64,000 nt of DNA, taken from NCBI GenBank assembly GCA_018238155.1, contig JABCTZ010000036.1, forward strand, positions 352,001 to 416,000, read 5' to 3'. This DNA comes from Candidatus Heimdallarchaeota archaeon. GTDB lineage: Archaea > Asgardarchaeota > Heimdallarchaeia > JABLTI01. The notes under the pieces are model-generated. The model saw nothing but the letters and a program-made list of their open reading frames with translations. It was not told the DNA's origin and did no database searches. Shown piece after piece: positions 10,015-19,626 of the stretch. How positions within the stretch are numbered: the first letter of the stretch is position 1; each line of letters starts with the position of its first letter. A program made the position numbers and the translations under genes.

Positions 10015-11424
10015 GTGAGTTTGATGATTTTAAACAAGAAACTGTTATATGTCGGAATTCTTTGTCTAATACTTAGTCCAATGAACCTGGTTGAATTAAG
10101 CTCTGCAAATAGTCGTGATTATGAAGACGAATTGCCATCTGTTGTTCTTAATACTTTTCTAGTGGATTTAGACAAACTTTACCTGTATGATAATTTAACT
10201 ATGAGAAACAAACTCCTAAATGAGATAGGTAATGGTTCTTATGGCTGGCCCTTAACTCCTTATGGCGCTCATTTTGTTAGTCAACACATTGAAGGTGTTG
10301 ATCACGTATATTTCCATCCGTATAGAATCCTTCCAATGTTCGCACCTCATGATGGCGTTTTCGATTCATTCCAAAGTAACTTAGGAAATAAAACTGTAAT
10401 GCAGAATGGAACCGAGGTTATTGATGATAGTAAATTAGTAATAGATATAGGTGAAGGTTGTTATTTTCACATAAGTCACATTTCTCTTCTGAAATCAATA
10501 TATGATGTCATTCAAGATACAGGAAGCTATAGTTTTAGTGAAGGAGAAATAATTGGTTATAATCATGCAAATCCTTGGGGCAATTATGGATTTGAGATTT
10601 TTTATCATGCAGGTGGGATGGGATATGGAGGAGGATTCTTTTATCCACTAAAATATTTTAGTTCTACTATACAAGACAAGATTGAGGATTATTATAACCA
10701 GCTACTTCCCAGGGCAAAAATAGGTGGAGCTTTTCCAGAGGTAGCTATGTATAATGATATTTATGTTGCAATTGAAAGTAGTGTATGGGGTGTTTGGAAA
10801 TATAAAAGTGGCTACTTGGACTCTTATTTTGAAATAGGTTCTTTTACTGTGGTTGAGGGAAGGTATACTACTTTCTTCAATCGCAATTTTTCAAATACTG
10901 AGTACTATTATCGAGATCCGAAAAATCCCGACCTAAATATTACAGAAGATGTTTTGGGTATATTTGGTAATAGTCGAGGAACAACAATAATCGAAGAATT
11001 TAACATTACTACGCATGGTTTTCTAAAGACTGTTGAAGGTGATTTCTCCAATGGTATTATGGAAGTTGTTTTAAATTCTGAAGTTGATGATTGGGGGTTC
11101 GCGAATGATAGTATCTATGTTAGATATAATGTCGATTCCAACAGTACCGGTTTCAAAGATGATATCTTGACTGTTGAATGCTTTAAGGAACTTGCAAGTG
11201 CACAAGCCGGATTTACAGAATATAATCTCACGTATGCAAGATATATCCAGTCCTGGGAAATTAAGGATCCTAATCCTCAACCAACAGAAACACCAACTCC
11301 AACTACACCAACCACGCCTACAAATAGCTCAAATGGTTACTGGATAATTCCATTCACATCAGTACTTGTAGTGATGATAATAATAAGTAAGAGAAAGAAA
11401 TGGAGTGGAAATTACAAGAAATAA
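10015..11424 (+). CDS. Secreted/surface protein with M23-like region, Pro/Thr linker and C-terminal membrane anchor
   Basis: Signal peptide; HIEGVDH, APHDG, GEIIGY segments; PTETPTPTTPTTPT, TM helix, KRKK tail. Confidence 0.7.
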   Translation: MSLMILNKKLLYVGILCLILSPMNLVELSSANSRDYEDELPSVVLNTFLVDLDKLYLYDNLTMRNKLLNEIGNGSYGWPLTPYGAHFVSQHIEGVDHVYFHPYRILPMFAPHDGVFDSFQSNLGNKTVMQNGTEVIDDSKLVIDIGEGCYFHISHISLLKSIYDVIQDTGSYSFSEGEIIGYNHANPWGNYGFEIFYHAGGMGYGGGFFYPLKYFSSTIQDKIEDYYNQLLPRAKIGGAFPEVAMYNDIYVAIESSVWGVWKYKSGYLDSYFEIGSFTVVEGRYTTFFNRNFSNTEYYYRDPKNPDLNITEDVLGIFGNSRGTTIIEEFNITTHGFLKTVEGDFSNGIMEVVLNSEVDDWGFANDSIYVRYNVDSNSTGFKDDILTVECFKELASAQAGFTEYNLTYARYIQSWEIKDPNPQPTETPTPTTPTTPTNSSNGYWIIPFTSVLVVMIIISKRKKWSGNYKK

Positions 11425-11433
11425 AGTTACTAG

Positions 11434-11544
11434 TTTCTCAAAAAGCACTCTAGTCACATTGGTGGTATTTATCCAGAAGAACAAATGGGTAATAATTTCA
11501 CCATTGATATTAAGGATACTTTTTGGGACGTCTTGAGAATACCA
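11434..11544 (+). pseudogene. Internal fragment of a paralog of the 10015..11424 gene
   Basis: Translates HIGGIYPEEQMGNNFTIDIKDTFWDV versus KIGGAFPEVAMYNDIYVAIESSVWGV in 10015..11424; in-frame TAG just upstream. Confidence 0.65.
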
Positions 11545-11585
11545 TTCTCTTTAAACATTTTTTCTTATTATATCTCTTTTTGGAT

Positions 11586-12617
11586 GTTTCAATACTCATA
11601 ATTGAGCTTTATTCTTTGCATCCCGATCTATTGACTCGTGATTTTGTAGCGACACAAGACGTTTCAATACTCATAATTGAGCTTTATTCTTTGCATCTTA
11701 CTAACCAATTGCTTCTTCTAGTTTCAGGTGAAAAACGTTTCAATACTCATAATTGAGCTTTATTCTTTGCATCCAAGCTAAAGCATCACGCAGTCGTCAT
11801 AGGAGCAACTCAGACGTTTCAATACTCATAATTGAGCTTTATTCTTTGCATCAAGTTTGTGATTTCTTATGGCTAAGTTACGCTATCAAGTTGTTTCAAT
11901 ACTCATAATTGAGCTTTATTCTTTGCATCACCAATGGCTTATCTGTGGATGGGAACAGCTTATTTTGTTTCAATACTCATAATTGAGCTTTATTCTTTGC
12001 ATCTTCATTTAGATCTGTTAGAACTTTTATCCATTTATCCTCGTTTCAATACTCATAATTGAGCTTTATTCTTTGCATCATTCCTTAATAAAAAGGTTAA
12101 CATCTCAGCAGTAAGATTGTTTCAATACTCATAATTGAGCTTTATTCTTTGCATCAAGTAATTTGGACGGTAATTTGTCAACTAACATTCTAAAGTTTCA
12201 ATACTCATAATTGAGCTTTATTCTTTGCATCCATAAATATCACCATCCTTAGTATCTTTCCATTCTAGGTTTGTTTCAATACTCATAATTGAGCTTTATT
12301 CTTTGCATCTACAAGTTTAACGACTCTAAAGCGCGCCTGGAGAGTAAGTTTCAATACTCATAATTGAGCTTTATTCTTTGCATCAATGAAAATTTCTCAG
12401 ATGATAAATGTCACTATTTGAGAGTAAGTTTCAATACTCATAATTGAGCTTTATTCTTTGCATCTGACTTGAAACACGCTAACTTGAGAGGCGCTAACTT
12501 GAGGTTTCAATACTCATAATTGAGCTTTATTCTTTGCATCACGATATAGACGCCACTAAAGGCGCAGGAAGTTTTTAATTGTTTCAATACTCATAATTGA
12601 GCTTTATTCTTTGCATC
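11586..12617 (-). CRISPR. CRISPR array: 14 identical 37-bp repeats, 13 spacers of 37-43 bp
   Basis: Plus-strand repeat GTTTCAATACTCATAATTGAGCTTTATTCTTTGCATC; on the minus strand it forms a GCUCA-auua-UGAGU hairpin followed by the 8-nt handle AUUGAAAC, which indicates minus-strand transcription. Confidence 0.98.
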
Positions 12618-12880
12618 TGACAGTTCTTAGGCGTCTAGGAGTTAAAAATCTTCTTCTCAAGGTTCTAGAACGATTTTTTCGATCAACAGCTTGGCGGGTG
12701 ACCAAAGTGGAACGAGCTTTAAAAAGACCCGCCAGATTTTAACTGTTTTTGAGGGAAAAGAAGGCAGGAGATGGGTTCTTTTACTGCTCAAACTGTCGGG
12801 TCTTCTCTCTAGCAAAGGTCTTAAATAGTACTTACGAAGACCCGCCACTCTCATAGACAGAAATGGGCTTATTTTTTGAA
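12618..12880 (-). promoter_or_regulatory. CRISPR leader with paired inverted motifs and TATA-like elements
   Basis: Lies between cas4 and the first repeat; AAGACCCGCCA at 12724-12734 and 12837-12847, inverted copies at 12692-12699 and 12794-12805. Confidence 0.75.
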
Positions 12881-13447
12881 CTAAGCTCTCCAACATTGTA
12901 ACCAAAATTCGCAGTCTTGGCATTTTTTTTCATTTGGTGTGGGAGAAGGAATAATCTCTTTAGTTACAATTTGCAACATTATTGTATGCTGCTCCAAAGC
13001 ATCTATTTTATCTCGCAGTGTAATAGGAATCTCAATTCGTTTATCGGCACCATAACGAATTTCAGCTTTATTTACATCCGTTTGAAAGATATTTTCAAGG
13101 ATAATGGCTTGAATAACGAGCTGAATTAAATGGTGTTGAGGTATTGTAGAATAGATCTTACCTGTTTTAAACTCAATTGGGTAGTAATCATTATTAGATT
13201 CTACATAGGCATCAAAAAGAGCTGCTAAACCTAAATCCGGCTCGACAATGAAACGATTATAATAGATCGTTGATTTTTCCAGTTTAGTTTGAGTTTTCTT
13301 TCGTATCTTTGAATCATGATAATCAGCTCCCTTCCTCATTTTGTAAGATATTCTAGGAAAGATCTTCTTAACATATCTAAAATAGATTATTCTTGGGCAA
13401 TAAATGAACTGTCGGAAATCTTCTGCAGTAAATTCAATGTTAGTCAT
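12881..13447 (-). CDS. cas4: CRISPR-associated exonuclease Cas4
   Basis: YCPR, D...PIEFK, QLVIQA, C-terminal KCQDCEFWLQC Fe-S cysteines. Confidence 0.95.
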   Translation of the reverse strand: MTNIEFTAEDFRQFIYCPRIIYFRYVKKIFPRISYKMRKGADYHDSKIRKKTQTKLEKSTIYYNRFIVEPDLGLAALFDAYVESNNDYYPIEFKTGKIYSTIPQHHLIQLVIQAIILENIFQTDVNKAEIRYGADKRIEIPITLRDKIDALEQHTIMLQIVTKEIIPSPTPNEKKCQDCEFWLQCWRA

Positions 13448-13761
13448 AAAATCACAACCTTTTCTTCTTCGAAACCAAACGCAGACTTCTGTTTGGTGAT
13501 CAATAGATCACTCATACCAATGTAGCTTATTTTTTCAAAACAACGAAAACATATTGGTATCACTACTACTTTCCCTAGTCTTTTTGCGAAAAGATCGCTT
13601 ATTTCCATGATGAGCATTTCAACCATATTTCTGGTTTGCTCTCCGGCAAAGACAGAAAATTGTATACGTTGGAAGCCATAGTTTTCACAAAGTTTGGCTG
13701 TTTTCGTTCGGAGAGAATCATTTGGGATGTCATAGCTTACAAGATAAAACAACAAAATCAC
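13444..13761 (-). CDS. cas2: CRISPR-associated endoribonuclease Cas2
   Basis: YLVSYDI, RIQFSVF, IPICFRC. Confidence 0.95.
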   Translation of the reverse strand: MILLFYLVSYDIPNDSLRTKTAKLCENYGFQRIQFSVFAGEQTRNMVEMLIMEISDLFAKRLGKVVVIPICFRCFEKISYIGMSDLLITKQKSAFGFEEEKVVIL

Positions 13762-14796
13762 CTACCTTTTCAGACTAAATGGTTGATAATTCTCTATGTC
13801 TCCTCTGAAGAATTTTCCTGCAGATCGAGCTTGATGTATGATATGTTGTTCAAATGACATATTTTTGTCTGTGTGTTGATTTGTTTCCTTTTGAGTAAAA
13901 GTTTTGATTAATTCTGAAAGGAAATGTTTTTTGAAATCATTCTTAAGCTTACAAAATTGACCTTGTATATCGAAATCATCAGGAGATACCTCAGACTTTC
14001 CTACAAGCCTGAGGATCAATCTATCTACAATTGGTTGTCTAAACTCCTCAATTATATCCAAAACAAAGGATGGTTTCCCGCTTCGGTCAGTATGTAAAAA
14101 ACCGGCATAGGGTTCTAAACCGGCGATTAATACTCCAGAAAGCACTTTCATCGTCAAAATTGCATAAGCATAACTGAGCATGCTATTAATAGGATCCTTG
14201 GGTGGGCGACGATTCCTGTTAGTAAAGGTAAATTCAGCGGGGATTAATTCCTTAAAAGCAGTAAAATAAGCATCTGCTGCTGCACCTTCAAAAGCAAAAA
14301 TACTTTCACGGTGAAAAGTAATTTTACGACTCATTTTTAATGATAAGTCTTTTTCCAAATAGCTTTCCAATTCTTTGCTTTTACTCTTTACTATTGAATT
14401 TGCTCGAACACTTAATTGTCTATTCTTCTGAATTCTTCGCAGAAGATTACGCTTATTTGTTATTGCACCCCTTAGAGCACTAAGAATAAACCTTGTTCCA
14501 ACAGATGATTCATATGCTAAAATCTGCGCTCTTCGTGTTGCTACCGTTCCATGAGCAACATAAGAATGTAAAATTCCAACAGGTTTTCCACCTCGGAAAA
14601 ATAATGCTGGAACACCATTTGCTGTTAACAAATCAATTGCACCTGATGTTAGTGTTGCTTTTGATTCGATAATTAACTGTTCAAGCTTCATTATTGGAAT
14701 ATAATTTTTAGCCAAGTCTTTGGAAGGATAAGTAACATAAAGTCTTTCACCTTCTTTGCCAATCTTAGCCCCATGCTCTGCAATAATAAGTATCAT
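13762..14796 (-). CDS. cas1: CRISPR-associated integrase Cas1
   Basis: EGAAADAYF, RNRRPPKDPINSMLSYAY, GFLH, DIIEEFRQPIVD. Confidence 0.97.
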   Translation of the reverse strand: MILIIAEHGAKIGKEGERLYVTYPSKDLAKNYIPIMKLEQLIIESKATLTSGAIDLLTANGVPALFFRGGKPVGILHSYVAHGTVATRRAQILAYESSVGTRFILSALRGAITNKRNLLRRIQKNRQLSVRANSIVKSKSKELESYLEKDLSLKMSRKITFHRESIFAFEGAAADAYFTAFKELIPAEFTFTNRNRRPPKDPINSMLSYAYAILTMKVLSGVLIAGLEPYAGFLHTDRSGKPSFVLDIIEEFRQPIVDRLILRLVGKSEVSPDDFDIQGQFCKLKNDFKKHFLSELIKTFTQKETNQHTDKNMSFEQHIIHQARSAGKFFRGDIENYQPFSLKR

Positions 14797-14824
14797 TTCT
14801 TACACCACATCTCCTCTAACTCAG

Positions 14825-15787
14825 TTAATCTGTTGTTAGAACCTCCAAGCCTTTCAAATGAGAAAGGTTGTATGCATAAACAACTTCTTCTGAAGTTTGT
14901 TGCTCTACAGGTTGCACTAGCACAATATTTCCACGAGAATAGACCACTTCACCGGCAAGCGTATTTGGGAATGAAACAGTTTTAATTTTGCGATTAGTTC
15001 CTATTTGCCCCCAAGTATCAAGTAAGTCTATATTGGTAATTTTACAATCAGGATAAAGTTCCAGTAATTGCTCCGCATAATCATAGAGTGAAACTATTTC
15101 AGAGGTTTTTTCATAGTTCGTTAGTAATTGTATCTTATCAGCAAAAGTAAGGAAAGTAGTTAGATGAAGCTGGTCAGCAATCATTGCTTCAGCAGCAAGA
15201 ACATTTTCTAAAGAACTAAATTTTGAGAGCACTAATGCTTCATCTAATCCTTGTTCAATTAAACGATAATATTTACCTTCACTTCTTCTACAATTGCTTA
15301 TCCCAACTTTGATTTTATTACCAAATCGACCAAGATAAAGATAATGATCACTATAGCATCTTGCATGCTTCCAAGCTAGTTGACAAGGATAACTTTCAAG
15401 AGTACACTTGACATCGAAAGGTTTACCTGGACCCTCGAAAATACACCTTTGACATTTATATATCAATGAATCTCTACAGAGATCACATATTGCATCTCGA
15501 GTTGCACGTGGTATAATTTCATCACAATACGAGCATCGCTTCAAACCAAACTCTAAGAAGAGAGTTCCATCTAAAGGTATGGTATAACTAAGTCCATCAC
15601 CTTGATCAACCAAAAGTTGCAAAGATTTAGACCCAACACCAAGCTTCCACAAATATCGTCGAATTATTGGTGAGTCACTTACACATATTTCTTCTCTAGA
15701 AGAAAGAACACGGTTATTTGATATTTTCCCTTTGATAATCACTTTGCTAACACCAAGTGATGTATAACAATGAAAATTAAAGAACAA
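14825..15787 (-). CDS. DUF2797-like Cys-rich protein with GIY-YIG-like motif
   Basis: CSYC/CDLC/CQRC cluster then HYLYLG..KIKVGIS..RLIEQG..AE; the real start may be downstream of 15787. Confidence 0.75.
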   Translation of the reverse strand: MFFNFHCYTSLGVSKVIIKGKISNNRVLSSREEICVSDSPIIRRYLWKLGVGSKSLQLLVDQGDGLSYTIPLDGTLFLEFGLKRCSYCDEIIPRATRDAICDLCRDSLIYKCQRCIFEGPGKPFDVKCTLESYPCQLAWKHARCYSDHYLYLGRFGNKIKVGISNCRRSEGKYYRLIEQGLDEALVLSKFSSLENVLAAEAMIADQLHLTTFLTFADKIQLLTNYEKTSEIVSLYDYAEQLLELYPDCKITNIDLLDTWGQIGTNRKIKTVSFPNTLAGEVVYSRGNIVLVQPVEQQTSEEVVYAYNLSHLKGLEVLTTD

Positions 15788-16035
15788 GTTCTTCCAAAAA
15801 AAAGGCTTTTGAAAAATGATTTAAAAATTAAACAACTGTTTTAAAGGGTTGTTTTCATCTTTCAAGGACGGAGAATAGTCCTTAGTACACTTCTTGATCG
15901 AAAATACCAAACAGTAAAGAATAAATTCAGAATAGACAATGTAAACTGACAAGATAGAGATGTTACACGTTAGTCTATCTAGTAGAAGAACAAGTTTCTT
16001 CTACTCACTATTTTATCTATTGAAAGGAAGAGGAA

Positions 16036-17595
16036 ATGTTGACAGGATATACACAAATACGATATAGCTGGTATATTCCTTTACCACAAATATTTACACA
16101 TGATACTTTAATAAATCAAGATTTTAGATGGATTATGAAGAATAACTTATCAAGTGAAGAAATTAAGACAAATCAAGCAATTATTAGAAATTTTGGAAAA
16201 TTACGTTTTGATAAGACAATGACTTTTCCACTTGTATCTCAAGATAATCAAGTTAGAACCTTTAAAGAAATTCCGTTTTCGCCCCTATGTTTCACTTCAA
16301 CAGAACAGAAAAAAACCGTTTTTGAATTTTGTAATTCACATTCGGAAAGTACTCAAACTGATATGAAAATTGAATCAGTCAAATTCTCAATTCAATTATA
16401 TCCAATTGGTTTTGGAGTAATTATTGCATATGTTAACTTTAGAGAAATAATTGAACCAGAAATAATTAATCATTTTGTTGATAAACTTAAATGTGGTAGA
16501 AAAAAGAAATCAATGACAAAATATGCTCATTACCTTAAAAAGCAGTTATTGAAAAGCCTTTTTCAAGAAAAAGAAATAGCCAATATTAGAACTGTTTGTC
16601 AAGGACCAAAGATTAGAGTAAACTTTATTGATCAATGTTTTTCCGAACAGAAATTTAATGACTATGCCAAAAAAATACTTGGCACTAAAAACTCTGAAAC
16701 AAAAATCCTTTTTAGATTTAATAAGAAAACAGATGATTTAACTGCTTTTTATAAAAAGGGGCTCGTGGTCTTTTCTAGCATGGACCTTTCTAGAGGAAGA
16801 AGAAGTTATTTTAGAAAAAACCTTGATTTTATAATGGATGTTTTTTATGGTGCAAATTTTCTTCTTCCGTTGATACCTTCAATAATTACTAAAGCTGATA
16901 GCATAAATAGATATGGCAAAATGAAAAAACTAATCTCTACTATCTTTTTAACGCTTAATCCACAAATATTAGAATCCAAAAATGAGCTTGATTCACTTCT
17001 TCCTACTGCAGGTTTACGATTGTGGTTTAGACTTTTTAATAAAATATTTCATTATACAGAAAATTACTCCCTGCATCTTGAAAAGATAATTGCACAAATA
17101 AATGAAATGCGTGTGGATAAATGGTATGAGCTTATTACTTCATCATTAAAGGAGAACATACCCATTGTTTCAGATCTCTTATTAAAAGATTTCAAAAAAC
17201 AAAACTATTCGATTAGAGAAATAATTACTCCAAAAATACAATTAGATGAAAGGAACAAAGAAATAATTGACTTTATGCTAGAAAGAATAACAGCTGATTT
17301 TACGAGTCGTTTTGGCTTTAATAGAAACACTCAGTTATCAAAGGATAAATTAGGATTTTGTACACTGAATGTCATTGAAAGAACTTTAGGCATTACAGGA
17401 AGAAAACATATGGAATTCAAAAATAGATTAGATCTACTTAGTAGAGTAGGTTTATTAGAAGCTGAAGCTTACAGAGGTCCTGGTTCAAGAAAAGATAGTG
17501 TGCAATATAGAGCATCACCTAGCCATCCTTATGTAGACACACATTTGAGAGTAAAATTAGCAAAAGAATCAATATCTGAACTCAAACTAAGATAG
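16036..17595 (+). CDS. Unknown protein with C-terminal winged HTH (candidate cas regulator)
   Basis: TLNVIERTLGI..FKNRLDLLSRVGLLE..GPGSRKDSVQYR wHTH pattern. Confidence 0.6.
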   Translation: MLTGYTQIRYSWYIPLPQIFTHDTLINQDFRWIMKNNLSSEEIKTNQAIIRNFGKLRFDKTMTFPLVSQDNQVRTFKEIPFSPLCFTSTEQKKTVFEFCNSHSESTQTDMKIESVKFSIQLYPIGFGVIIAYVNFREIIEPEIINHFVDKLKCGRKKKSMTKYAHYLKKQLLKSLFQEKEIANIRTVCQGPKIRVNFIDQCFSEQKFNDYAKKILGTKNSETKILFRFNKKTDDLTAFYKKGLVVFSSMDLSRGRRSYFRKNLDFIMDVFYGANFLLPLIPSIITKADSINRYGKMKKLISTIFLTLNPQILESKNELDSLLPTAGLRLWFRLFNKIFHYTENYSLHLEKIIAQINEMRVDKWYELITSSLKENIPIVSDLLLKDFKKQNYSIREIITPKIQLDERNKEIIDFMLERITADFTSRFGFNRNTQLSKDKLGFCTLNVIERTLGITGRKHMEFKNRLDLLSRVGLLEAEAYRGPGSRKDSVQYRASPSHPYVDTHLRVKLAKESISELKLR

Positions 17596-17976
17596 AAAAT
17601 AAGATTCCTCCTCGTTTAAAATGAGGAAACCTGCTGTCAAATCAAATGGTTTCTCTAAATAGCTATTTAGCGTTAATCTTTAGCAGTATGGGAATAGTTT
17701 ATATAATGAAATGTTAAAAGTAGTTACAATATAAAAACAAATAAGAAATAAATTGATACTAATTGTTTCTTGGAAATAGGAATAAAGAAGTTAATATTAT
17801 GAAAACTGCATCATTATTCGATTTCACTGGAAATGCATTCGTCACTATACTGGAATAGCGACAATATGTGCGCTATTTAACAAAGAGAGTTTACAGGATT
17901 AAATATCGATGATCATAATGTCACATTAACTTTGTTTATGATATCTACTCTGAAAAACGATGGAGAGCAACTATTT

Positions 17977-19626
17977 ATGATTCTTAAAACTATAATGGAA
18001 ATCGGTAAGTCAATCAAGGAAGATGTTACAGATACTTTAGAAGAATTACAACGCCACTCCCCTAATTTAGGATCTGATATTATTCATTACATAAGAGAAG
18101 AGTATGGTTATTCAAAGAAGTGCAAAAATTATATTGTTGTAAAAATAGCAATTAACCCCTTCATTTCTAGGCTAAATGAATTCCTAGATAAATGTAGCAG
18201 AAACACAAATCTAACAGAATTAATCTCAGATGATTTGATAAAAATCAAATTGAATAAAAATAAACGACAAGAGATATTTGAGAGATTATACTCAAAAGTT
18301 GATCCAAATCTCATTATCGACTTGCAGCAAAAGGCAATTAAAGTTGAATTAAGAGATTTTGACTATAATGAATTTGATGATATAAAACTGTTGTTAGGAA
18401 ATCAGCATGGAACAACAATCTTTTATTCACCAGTCATGTATCAATCAGTTTCAAAAAGTTTAGTAACCGAGTTACCTATGTGGAAAATCAAACTCAGTAC
18501 AGAGGATAAAGTAAATTCTAGCTTTTTCGATAAACTTCCAACAATCACTGAGTATAATACAATAACTAAAATATCAAGTGAATGCATAAGGAAGGTGTTT
18601 ATCTCTGATATTTTTCTATCTGTAATAAATGATTATCTAAAGGATATAGGGCTTAAAAGTTCGAAGTATTACATAGTCTTTCTACTTGGAAAAGGTAATC
18701 TCCAAGAAGTTAAAGATTATCCTTATGAAATTGAATCATTTGTTGATTATTACAATTCCAAAATTTCAGGTACTGATGAAGGTCCGCGAGGTTTGTGTGA
18801 ACTATGCTTAGAAAAGAAGCCTGTTATACCTGGTCCTAAATCTAAGATTGGATTCTATACTGATGATCCAAAGGGAAATGTTCCTATCCACCTTAACAAT
18901 ACTTACACAATATGCAAAGAATGTAATTCTTATCTTATTGCAGGACGTAATTTCATAAAAAGTAACTTACGATTTAAGCTAGCAAATCGTGGTACTAAAA
19001 GGAAACCCAAAAATCCATTGTTTGCTTATTTTATTCCATACACAGATGATAATGATAATTTGTCAGAAATTTTGAATTTCTTTAAAATACTGGAAAAGAA
19101 GGATAAAGAGGGATTAGAAGGATTAGTTCGAAAAGAAATCATTACAAATGAATTTCTGTATGTAATGGAATCTCGAATGAATGAGGATGATCATCGAATA
19201 ATACAAGATAGTTTAGATTTTCTTATGATTCCATTCAAGTTACATTTCTCTTTACTAATAATCATCTTTTATCATCCGGAAGGACAAGCTAGTTCCTTCC
19301 ATAGCGTGAAGAGGATAATATATTTGAATTCAAATGATATTGACAGAATAAATAATGCTTATAAAAAATTGAAAGATAGAAATAGAACATTTTCTCTTAA
19401 ATCCCTTTTCTACCTATTTGGAGAGTATAAAATAGAGAAGTATATCTTATCGTTTCTGGAACTACGCAAGATGAATAAGCGTATACTATATAAAGATGCA
19501 TACATGATGCTGAAAAGGGGTTTCTTGAGAGATGCTTTAAATCCCGATAAAACATCAACTATAAGACCTACAATGTTTACTTTTACATCATTTTTATACT
19601 TGCTTAAGGAGTTGAAACTATTATGA
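17977..19626 (+). CDS. cas8b: Cas8b-like large subunit (TM1802/Csh1-like) lacking the C-terminal helical bundle
   Basis: MILKTIMEIGK start, Zn finger CELC..FYTDD..ICKEC, AYFIP; located upstream of cas7. Confidence 0.75.
   Translation: MILKTIMEIGKSIKEDVTDTLEELQRHSPNLGSDIIHYIREEYGYSKKCKNYIVVKIAINPFISRLNEFLDKCSRNTNLTELISDDLIKIKLNKNKRQEIFERLYSKVDPNLIIDLQQKAIKVELRDFDYNEFDDIKLLLGNQHGTTIFYSPVMYQSVSKSLVTELPMWKIKLSTEDKVNSSFFDKLPTITEYNTITKISSECIRKVFISDIFLSVINDYLKDIGLKSSKYYIVFLLGKGNLQEVKDYPYEIESFVDYYNSKISGTDEGPRGLCELCLEKKPVIPGPKSKIGFYTDDPKGNVPIHLNNTYTICKECNSYLIAGRNFIKSNLRFKLANRGTKRKPKNPLFAYFIPYTDDNDNLSEILNFFKILEKKDKEGLEGLVRKEIITNEFLYVMESRMNEDDHRIIQDSLDFLMIPFKLHFSLLIIIFYHPEGQASSFHSVKRIIYLNSNDIDRINNAYKKLKDRNRTFSLKSLFYLFGEYKIEKYILSFLELRKMNKRILYKDAYMMLKRGFLRDALNPDKTSTIRPTMFTFTSFLYLLKELKLL

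Noticed and set aside
11523-11756. 77-aa ORF with repeated VSILIIELYSLH
   Set aside because: Translation of CRISPR repeats
12657-12923. 88-aa minus-strand ORF
   Set aside because: Overlaps the cas4 end and the leader; no protein features
17740-17810. Possible creTA-like pseudo-repeats upstream of cas8 (ATTGATAC, GAATAAAG)
   Set aside because: Short matches in very AT-rich DNA; the implied spacer is only about 12 nt
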